Shown: positions 12,257 through 22,500 of the stretch, piece by piece
How the letters are laid out: each line of letters begins with the position of its first letter
Position numbering within the stretch: position 1 is the stretch's first letter
NCBI GenBank assembly: GCA_037447605.1
Contig: CM074814.1
Span: 434,001 to 498,000, forward strand
From: Zygnema circumcarinatum SAG 698-1b
Lineage: Eukaryota; Plantae; Zygnematophyceae
Length of the DNA: 64,000 nt
Reading direction: 5' to 3'
Notes under the pieces: generated by a model
Database searches by the model: none
The model's input: only the letters and a program-made list of their open reading frames with translations
What the model was told of the DNA's origin: nothing
Translations under genes and position numbers: made by a program

Positions 12257-13632
12257 ATGGCGGCCAGGGGCCTGCAGGAGACTCAGCAAGCGTCGGACGA
12301 CGAATTTACGAAAGCAATCATCAAGGAATTCGTAGAAGTCACCAGACAAAAGCGTTGGGAAAGGGCAGCAGGCATGTTCATTTTTTCTTTTTTTCCAAAA
12401 AAAATTGTATGTATGATCCCCTTCTTAGCTTCAATTATTATTCTTTTATTTTTGTACCATTATATTTCCATTTTTATTCTTTGTGTGTCATGATTCGCAG
12501 ATTTACAGGACCTCTTCAATTTGCTATGGTTGTAACATGCTTAAAGCTTTTCGGCAAACTTTTGCTTTACGTTAACTTTGTCCTTCGCTAACCAATTCTG
12601 ACTAAGATTTAGGAATGATTCTCTCCGGAAGTTCACCATTGTACACTCATGGTATAGAGACTGGTGCCGTTCCTCCTGCCGCGAAAACAGGCTTTCACTG
12701 TCACCTCTAAGCCCTGTGCGCAAGCTAACAAAGCTCGGTCATGCTTGCATTGGATGTCTTTTGCGAATGCAGATATTTTGGCGCAGGAGCGCCTTCAGGA
12801 TTCCGAACACATCCGAAGCACCTTAGTGCCTCTCTTTAAAGAGAGATTGCTTTGTCTCGACGTTGAGGTCGTCTGCGACATTCTCAAATGTGCCAAAGCT
12901 AGGCACCTCACATTTGTGAAAGCAGGGAATACTTTGGCAGCTGATAACTACCAATGGCTGCTTTCACGGGAAATTTTACTAAATGGTCCAAGGACAACCA
13001 TGATCCTCACATTCTTGGTCGAATCTCTAAATCTTGAAATTTCGGCGTCTTATGTCAGTTCAGACTGTGTTCCAACGCCAGCATATCTTGTAACGCTACT
13101 CAAAGCGTCCCTTGATCACGATGCTGAAATTCCAAAAAAAAATTTAATGAATATTTTGAGCAAGCAGTTGTACAAGGTCAAGCTGCAGGACCTGCAGACG
13201 TTGAATAGTTTGACCGTGCAGAATTTGTTCAGTCGATTCTCGGTGGCTTTAGGCGAGCAAGAGTCAGAGACTTCGGCTGACGTAATCAGCACTGTGATTG
13301 AACTGCTGGACGACTACCTAAATTGGATGGTTTATCGAAACGAAAGCTGTAACGTACTGGACTTTCTCAAACTGCTGGAAGTCGTTCCTGCGAAGGAGAG
13401 GCTGAATTGCAACAAAATCTATGATGCAATCGACATTCTCTTGTGGAAAAACCCTGGAGTTAAAAATGATGACCGTGTTCGCTTGTCGGCATATCTGGAT
13501 CCGCTGAAGCTATCATTCGTTAAAGCGAAAGATGCCGTGCAAAACCAAAGAATGGTATTGCAGCCGGGTTTCGTTTCCTCGTTTCGTCTGATAATAAAGC
13601 GCATTAAGCATCTCGAGTCACTACGTAATTTG
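12257..13632 (+). CDS. BTB-less NPH3-domain protein, copy 2; 3' end unresolved
   Basis: Exon 12257-12371 (GC donor) and exon 12773-13632 are a clear paralogue of copy 1, ending at donor TTG|GTGAGC. The ORF also reads through in frame into copy 2b. Confidence 0.65.
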
Positions 13633-13794
13633 GTGAGCGCAAGCAGACTCCGTTCGAGGTTTTTATCGATAGCAGTATTTTGCTATTTCAGTTTTATAGG
13701 ACATTCGAAGGCACAAGTGAACTGTTTCCGAATGACATGGCATTTTATAACAGTTGGACTGTCTCCTTTTGCAACGCAGGCTTTGTCTGGCGTC

Positions 13795-14364
13795 ATGGCG
13801 GCCACAGACCACCAAGGGACTCAGCCAGCGTCTGGCAACGACTCTGTGGAGGCCCGTTTCAAGGAATTTCAACGAATAACAGATGATTTTTCCAGAGATT
13901 CATCATGTTTTTTTGACGGAGTTCTTTCTCCTTATGAAAGACTTTCTGGCGCCGACTTAATTAAAATGGCAACAGGCATGTTTTCTTTCCTTTTTTCGAA
14001 CAAATTCTGTGTCTATGATCACCTTCTTATGCGGCAATTGTCTTTATTTTTTCTTTTGCATTCTTTGTATGTCATGATTCACAGATTAGACGGTCCACTT
14101 TGATTTGCTGTGGTTATAAAATGCTTGAGGAATTTCGACAGTCTTTTTCACTTTTACGTTGCCTAGCTTGTCCTTGGTTGACCAAGTTTGACTAAACCAC
14201 TACTTTACCCTTCCCTTGTCCTTTTTCAACTCCTACCTATCTTAGGAACGGAAGATGTGCCAAATCCAGGAATGGTATTGCAGCCTGGTTTCCGTTCCGT
14301 GCTTGAGTCACTTCGTAATGTGGTGAGTGCAAGCAGACTTTGTTCAACGGGTGGTACTGCTTGA
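13795..14364 (+). pseudogene. Copy 2b: N-terminal exon plus only the last ~39 codons of the NPH3 exon (internal deletion)
   Basis: Exon 13795-13975 (MAATDHQGTQPASGNDSVEARFKEF.., GC donor) is homologous to the copy 1 first exon. The remnant 14246-14364 (TEDVPNPGMVLQPGF..LESLRNVVSASRLCSTGGTA*) follows an in-phase CTTAG acceptor. Confidence 0.55.
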
Positions 14365-14620
14365 AACCGGCATTTGAGGATGACGGTGCTGAGGGAACAT
14401 CTCCTGAGGCTGGGTCGAAAAGCATGCGAGAAATTGTAATGGAGAAAAATGAAACGAATCAAGTGTATTGATCTCTCTCTGTTGCAATGTCTCCTTGTCC
14501 TGTCATTTCGGATATCTAGAATTCATATGATATTCACATTCATTTGGTAAACAGGTGAGCGGCTGCCTTGCCTTCTCGCTTTGGAGGAACCACTCTGCTC
14601 TGCAAGCTGCGACTGGTTCT

Positions 14621-17039
14621 ATGGAGGCAGTTTTGAAGGAATTTGAAGATATAACAAAGCCTTTGGTTTGCAATCCAAATCAGATTTTAACAGAAAACGA
14701 TTGTCACACCGAAAAGTACGAAAAGGCAGCAGGCATGTATTTTTTTTTCTGTTTTCTCAACGAAATTGTGTTTGATCTCCTTCTCATGCTACAATTTTAG
14801 CATTATCTTTTCTTTACCATTCTTTGTATGTCAGGATTCTTAGATGAGCGGGACGTCTCTAATTTCTTATGGTTGTAAAATGCTTGCGGCGTTTTGGCAG
14901 AACTTTTCACCTTTACTCTACCTTCAGCTTGTCCTTGGTGAACCGATTCTGACTAACCTACTACTTTGCCCATCCCCTTTTCCTTCTTCAACTAAGTTCG
15001 AATAATATTCAGCAATGACTCTCTCCCTGAAGTTCACTATTGCACACTCATGATATGGAGACTGTTGCTATTACTGGTGCCACAAAAAACGCTTTCAGTG
15101 ACAGATGTAAGCGCAACCCTATAAGCTAACAATGCTTTGTCATGTTTGTTTTTGAATGTCTGCTGCGAATGCAGATATTTTAGCGCAGGAGCTGCTTCAA
15201 AATTCCGAATATATCCGAAGCACATTATTGCCTCTCTTTGAGAGACTGATTTCTCTCGAAGTTGAGGCTGTCTGCGGCATTCTCGAATGTGTCAAAGCTA
15301 GGCACGTCACATTTGTGAAAGCAGGTAATGCCTTGGCAGCCGATAACTACCAATGGCTGCTTTCAGATATCCTAAAGGATGGCTACCGAACAAGGAAAGC
15401 CATGATCCTCACATTCTTGGTGGAATCGCTAAATCTGGAAAGTTCAGCGTCTTCTTTTCGTTCAGAATGTGTTCCAACGTCAGCATATCTTGTAACGCTA
15501 CTCAAAGCGTCCCTTGATCTCGACGCAAAATTCCAAAAGAAATTTTAATGAATATTTTGAGCAAGCAGCTGTACAAGGTCAAGTTGCAGGACCTGCAGAC
15601 GTTGAATAGTTTGACCGTGCAGAATTTGTTTAGTCGATGCTCGGTCGCTTTAGGCAAGCAAGAGCCAGTGACTTTGGCTGACGTCATCAGCACTGTGATT
15701 GAACTGTTGGACGACTACCTAAATTGGATAGTTCATCGAAACGAAAGTTGTAACGTAAGGGTCTTTCTCAAACTGCTCGAAGCCGTTCCTGCGAAGGAGA
15801 GGCTGAATTGCGACAAAATTTATGAAGCAATCGACATTCTCCTGTTGAAACAGCCTGGAGTTCGAAGTGATTTCCGTATCCGCTTGTGTGCATATCTGGA
15901 TCCATTCAAGCTATCAGTCTCAAAAGCGGAAGATGCCGTGCAAAACCGAAGAATGGTATTGCAGCTGAGTTTCTTTTCCTCGCTATATTTGACAAAAAGG
16001 CAAGCAGAGCAGCCCAAGCAAGCAAACAAGCAAGCAGCAAGCAGGCAGCTCGAGTCACTTCATAATATGGTGAGTGCAAGCAGACTTTGTTCAACAGATG
16101 GGATTGCTTGAAGTCGACATTTGAGGATGATACATGAGGGACGATGTTGAGGAGACATCTCCTGGGGTTGGGTCGAAAAGCATGCGCGCGAATGCAATGG
16201 AGAATAATGAAATGAATGAATTGTACTGATCTCTCTATTTATTTGAAAATGCGAAATGATTCGTGGTGTGTGTTTTCTAGTTACTGCTTGCTAAGTCCTG
16301 AGTGATGACGAATAAGCAAGGCGTGAGATTTTCCGTTATCTGTCATTTTATGAGCTGTCGACGTATGTTGCTTTAGTACAGATGGCAGTAAAATGGAACC
16401 CCTACTCTCGAGAGTAGGATTGCTTCTATAAATACCATGATAGTATTAATCTTGTAGCAGATATGTGGTGTCAGGCACCTCTCACTCGTTGCCCTCCTCG
16501 CCTTCCCGCTCTCTCTCCTCCTCTCTCTCACCCTGCCTCTCTCCACAACGCGACTTCCTTTCTCTTATATTGTCTCGTCCCTCCATCAATTTCCTGCCCT
16601 CCCTCCCCTTCTGCTTCTACTTCTAATTTTGAGATCTCTGTCTTCTATCCATAATTAGAAACTAACAGAATGAAAGACCGTGGGTGTTGAGCAGGCAATT
16701 TGGCTATCGGGTCTTTTTCTTCTCCTCGTTTCCATCCTGTTCCTGTGCCGTTCTCTTTGGATGTGTGAAAATGCCGGAGCCCCCCTGCATGAACTGTATG
16801 ATTCCTTCACCCGTTCCCACTATCCCTCCGCTGAAGAAATAGTCGCTGAAGTGAAGAGCTCCCTTCCCCCTCTTCCCTCTCTTCAAGTCCAACTCGCTGA
16901 GATGACGGGCATTACTTGGGACGAAGTTCGGCCCCACGTGAAACGGTTCGCGCTTGATGCTGTCAAAACCTTTCGAGCTCTGCAAGCCGAAGCGGCCGCT
17001 GTATGGGGTAACTTGCAAGAGGAGAATGAAAAGAAGTGA
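14621..17039 (+). pseudogene. BTB-less NPH3-TM copy 3 with a 1-nt frameshift (pseudogene or assembly error)
   Basis: Exons 14621-14732 (GC donor), 15175-16069 and 16677-17039 mirror copy 1. GACGCAAAATTCC at ~15527 is one base short of the paralogues' GAYGCTGAAATTC, giving TAA at 15546-15548, and homology resumes in the next frame (ORF 15548..16111). Confidence 0.6.
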
Positions 17040-17312
17040 AAGGGGGAGAGGAGCTTGTAATGGTAGATACGACGGCCATGACCATGACGACCTTACTGTT
17101 CTATGAGTGGCTGAGAGAGGTGAAGTGGAGGTGAGCTGCTCTGCAGATTAGCTCTTGTATCTATGTAGATGTACGAGCCGGACGGAATGTATACGGACGG
17201 TACGATCGATTTGTGTGGGACTTGGTATGGGATAAACATAGATTGGAGAAAAAAAGAAGGGTAGTGATATTTCCACCCCTTTTTTGGATCCAAACACCCC
17301 TTCCCGGTCGGG

Positions 17313-18622
17313 CAGATTTCAAAAAGGATTAAAAACGAAAAATATTTTTTTCACACCTTTTTGGAATCGATACCCATCTTCCATCGGCACATTTTATTTT
17401 TGCGAAACAAGGAAATAATCCGTCACCCCATTTTGAATATCTCGCCCATTTTGAATATTTCGCTTACTGTCTAATCACGTTATAGTGACATTGTTCTTAT
17501 GAACAGCATGGATATATTGACTTTTTTTCCGAGAACGGAATTACACCATTGCAGATCCTGCGCCAGTAGTGATTGTTACTATATATTCAAAATGTCGATA
17601 TTATTCACCCATGTATTGGAATATGCGTTACAAATATATTACGATCGTATACATTATCGATTAATATCGTTAGATATCGATTTGTTCGTACATATCAATT
17701 TGTCCGTACACATGCTCACTAGGGTTCGTACATATCTACTCACGTGACGACTGCTCAAAAGTACAATGTACGGTATCAAAGTCAAAAACATATGTAATAA
17801 CATTGTTACTATAAATGTGAAATGACAAACGGGTCATTACCGATATAGTGACACAAATGTGTGGGGACCGACACAGTCACTATAACGTGATTAAACTGTA
17901 CTTGAATTTCTTTTCACGCGTGCGGTTTTTTTTCACGCGTGCGGTCAATCGCAGCCGTCGATTCCCTCGCAGATCGCAACACGGCAGATCACTATTTGCT
18001 CTGCAGCCGGGCTCGGTCACAGCGAATGGCAAGTGCCCACGTATCCCGCCAAACTCGTCTCAAAAAGTTTGTTCGTACATGTGTCGTACGGTCGCAACTT
18101 TGAGGAACCCAATATTTCGTACATTTCGAGTTTGGACCAATCAACGTTTTCCACGTCAAAAAATTAACACGTGGTAGATGTTTATTGGCTGAGAGTTGAC
18201 AATGCACGAGATCTCGGACCGAGGGACGCGCGCACTCGCTCGTGCGATCCGGCTTTGGCGGGACTCGTGGGCGCTTTCCATTCGCTAAGATCGAGCCCGG
18301 CTGCAGATCGAACGGTGATCTGCAGTGGTGCGATCTGCGAGGGAAATCGACAGCTGCGATTGACACGCACGTGTGAAGGACGGACACCCGCGAACGATCT
18401 CGTGGCGGACGGATCTTCCGCTCCGAGCGGATTCGGGCAGGCAGATATTTCTTTCCCTCAAAAAAAAAATTCAGGAAGGCGGGATACAGTATTCAAAATG
18501 CGGTGACGGGGTATCATTTTCCTTGGTTAGCAAAAATAAATCAGCCGACGGAAGAAGGTGGGTATCGATTCCAAAAAGGTGTGAAAAAAGCATTTTCCGT
18601 TTTTAATCCCTTTTGAAATCTG
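17313..18622. mobile_element. Nested inverted-repeat (foldback/MITE-like) insertion
   Basis: Outer imperfect inverted arms at 17313-17447 and 18478-18622, and inner arms at 17932-18053 and 18254-18377. No transposase and no clear target-site duplication. The paralogous 3' flank of copy 1 (about 10300-10450) lacks the block. Confidence 0.6.
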
Positions 18623-18639
18623 AGCGCCTTGGGTGGGAG

Positions 18640-19030
18640 GGAGGGAGGGAGGACCGCGACCTTCCTTCGGACCACTTTGTATGGAAAGGTAGAGGCCGCT
18701 TTTCTGCAGGGCAGAAGTGCGCTGTAGGAGGGACTAGTGAGTAGGGTTGCTCTGTAACTGTAATGGGAACTAGAACTGAGACTGGTCCATGCTGCCGTGC
18801 TGGAACTGTTGGTACGCGTGAACTGAGCAGGGAGCAACGATAATCGTCCTTTTGTTTAGGCTGAGCAACCACCTGGAGTTCCACTGATGACAGTTTCCTA
18901 ACGAGCTCATCGAGGTTGTCCTGTACATAAATACCAACACCTTTTCGGCTTGTTTGTTCTTTCAGTGTTTTGTTTTTAAAAACTTTCCTCAGAGCATTTG
19001 ATAGTGTGCGGATACCGTTTGTCTTGTTGA
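18640..19030. repeat. Duplicate of 10410-10820 (3' flank of the NPH3-TM unit)
   Basis: Shares near-identical blocks such as CCTTCCTTCGGACCA..GGGCAGAAGTGCGCTGTAGGAGGGACTAGTGAGTAGGGT..GGAACTAGAACTGAGACTGGTC.ATGCTGCCGTGCTGG with 10420-10570. Confidence 0.85.
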
Positions 19031-19539
19031 CAAAAGCAACGGCTGTCCAATGCCCCCCCTATGTTTACGTGGAGGGGGGGTGGGGGGGACTACTAGGATG
19101 TCCTGTTCAGGAAGGGCATGTCAGCCAATCACGGAATTGCCATGTGTCTTATCGTCTCAATGTGTGTTACCAATGGCAAGCTTCATTCTTTTTGACGCTC
19201 TTACCTCCACAACGGCCAAAGCTAACGGCACTTCTGCCCAAGGCGAAGATGGCCCAACCATGGAAAACGGTAATGGTGGCACAGACCTATCTTAGAGGTA
19301 CTTTTTTCTTTTTCCAAAGTACAATTCCTGGGCAGATCTGTGTAGCCATCAGATACAGATTTTGCAGATCTGGAATCCCTTGGAAGAGAGACTTGGAGAA
19401 CGAAAAATATTGGCAGTGAATTAAAGTCAGTGCAAATTCGTCAGCAGTACCTGTACAGATTGAGACTTTCGTGACTGTTCCGTTAAAAAAAACCCTTCAA
19501 ACTACTAAAAACGCAAAAAACTCTACATGTCAGCTTGTC

Positions 19540-22500
19540 TCACAACGTGACCCTCGTTCTTTTGTACATTTCTCTCCGTTGATTTTCACAACGGGGGCAC
19601 ATGTACTCGCGTCCGTCGACCTTCACATAATCCTGCAAATAAAAATTGTTTTGAAACGTATAGTAAAAAAATATTACAATTGAATGATAAGGACGATAGG
19701 GCACGAGGATTGAGTGGCGGAGAGGGAGTGGGAGGGGAGGGGCAGAGCGAGTAGGAGGGGGAGAGAGAGAGGGCGAGTGAGGGAGAGAGCAAGAGAGAGG
19801 AGGGGAGAGGCGGACACTTAGAAGTTCCTTATACTCACCTTGAATGACCCAAGTCCCTCCCTCTTGTCGCACTCAAAGTGGGCCCATTCTTGGCAGGTTC
19901 CGCAGTTCACCCAGTCCCCTTCTGTGCCTCTGCTCTCCCTCCCGCGAAACAAGGAAGACAGAAATTGAAGAAGACAATTGTTATTTTCAAATGGGCTTTT
20001 TAAACTAATTATTGTTCTATTTTCTTTTCAATGTTTTCTGAATCTCTGCCAGAAAGAATAACCATCCCTCTCCCCGCCCGCCCTCTCACTCCCCGTTTTC
20101 CTCCCCACCTACGTCCTATCCCTCCCACTCTCGCTCCCCCTCTCTCCCTCTCCCTCCTCTTCCCCCCTCCTCCCTCGCCATCTCCCCGTCCCCCTCCCAA
20201 CCTCCCCCCTTTCCCAACCCTCTCCCAACCTGCCTCCCCCCTCTCCCTCCCCCTTTTTCCTCCCCCTCTCCCTCCTCTTCCCCCCCTCCCATCCCGTCTT
20301 CGTCCTCTCCCTCCCTCCCCTTCTCCCACACCCACTCCTCTCTCGCTCCCTCTCCCTCCCTATCTCCCCCTACCCCCTCACCCCCTTCCACTACCCCTCC
20401 CTCCCTCCCTCCCTCCTCTCCCTCACTCTGTTTCCTCTCTCGCGACGGAGCTGCCTCCGACCCGGCGCTCACCTCTTGCATATGACGCAGCACTCGGAGG
20501 CCACATCGTTGTGCGCGCGCTCGTACTCGAGGAGGTACACTTCGTAATGCTTCTTCAGCACCGCGCTCACCGCCTGCCCACAGCGTTCTTTTTAGTTCAG
20601 TTCAGTTCCGTTCAGTTCATTTGAATTGAGTTCAGTTGAGTTCAGTTACAATCACTAGTTCAGTTCAGTTCAATTCAGCTCAGTCCAGTTCAAGTTCAGT
20701 TCAGTTCAGTTGAGCTAAGAATATAGATACGAAGAAAATTGTAGAATCAGTTCCTCAATTGTAATGGATGCAAACTCTGATTCTCGAACCTCTCACACCA
20801 GCTTTCCACTGCCAACAGTCACAAGTCTCCCCCTCTCTCTCCCTCTTCCACTCTCCCACCCCGGCATCTCCTACCGTAGCTTTGTTAGAGCTTGTGTGGT
20901 TTCTCATTCTCGGAAAGATCTGGCCCTTCCAATTGATTCCGTTCCGAACCAAAAAGCCCCCTCGTGACACGACCTGAACGGAACAGAAACAGGACAGCCA
21001 CATGGAAACACACATGACGTGCATAGAACACAGTTTGCAACCGCAAACTGACCGAGAAACTTTAATCGTTTTGGACCTTCCGTGGGTATTCACAATTCGA
21101 CAATGTCGATTCCCCATGTTTGCAGAGAAAAAGAAAGTACTCCTCTCCCCCCTCTCTTCGTTTACTGAATTCCCTTCCCCACTTTTCTCGTCCCCACCTC
21201 TCCCTTTACTTTTCTAGTTTTACCTTTTTTTTCTTCAGCATACCTCACGGTAGAGATTGTAGAGGTCCAACCGGCTGCCATTAAAGTAGGCAGGGGGGAA
21301 ATTTTTGGCCCCGCCCGATGGAACAAGACGGTGACGATTATGTGATTGCAGGAAACGTATGAGGTCGAGGATGAACTCCTCCTGCGGAAGGGAGATGGGA
21401 GAGGGGGGAGGGGAGAGAGGGAGACGGGGGAGAAGGAGAAGGTAGAAAGGGAGAGAGGGAGAGGGGTAACAGAAAGAAGGGAGTGAGAGAGGGTTCGGGG
21501 AGAGAGAGAGGGAGAGAAGTGGGTGGAGAGAGAACGATGGGTGAACGAAGAGGAAGGGCAGGAAAAAGTCAGTTGAGGAGGTCAATTCGCATGTCAGATA
21601 CGTAGGTAATGGAGGATAGAATAACTCAATACCCTCTCTCAACCCATCTCTCCCTCCCTCCCCATCCTGCCCCTTCCCTCTTCCTCTCCCTCTCCCTCTC
21701 CCTCACCCCCTCTCCCTTCCTTTTCCCCCGCATCTGCCCCTCCACTCGTCAGGCCTCTCCCGTCCGTCTCTCCCAATCCACTCTCCCCTCCTTACGCCCC
21801 CTTCCATCATTAAGTACTGTTGAAACCTTGATAAAGTGAACAGGTTGGCAAAACCCTAAAGCTCACCTCTGAGCATGCTCGAATCGGTTTCCTGCTGCAG
21901 CCATGGAGCCCATACACAGTTTCATCTCCCAATCGAGATTTGCCACCCGGCATACTACTGTCCTCCCTCTCCCTACTTCCCCACTCTCTCGCTCCTCCCT
22001 CCTCTCTCCCCTCCGCTCTTCCGTCGGCTCCCCTCCCAATGCCCTCCTCCCCCTCCTTCAGCGCACTCCTTTGCCCCTTCCCTCTACCGCTCCCTGCATT
22101 TCCACCATGGCCTTCACTCTCACTTTCACTCTCACTCTCTCCCACGCTCAGAGCTCCCCTCTCTTCCACTACCTGCTCTGCTTCTCGCTTGTAGAGGTCC
22201 GTACGAGGGAACGGAATTGGCTGCATGTAAGCAGGTAAACGGGGCCGCATGGAACACTCGATTGGACTGCTCCCACTCTCTCTACCTCTCCTTCCCTCTC
22301 CCTTCCGCTCGTCATCTCTCCCTCCCTCTCTCCCACTCCCAAACTCTCTTCCCTCTCCAAAACTATGCCCTCCCTCCCTCCTCTCTCCACTTTCCCCAGA
22401 GCCCCCCCACACCCTCTTCTTTGTCATAGGGACGGGTCTCCACCAATCAGGAAGCGACACCTGTCGACATTCCGCTTCCTGAGGAGTTTCACGATCCGGA

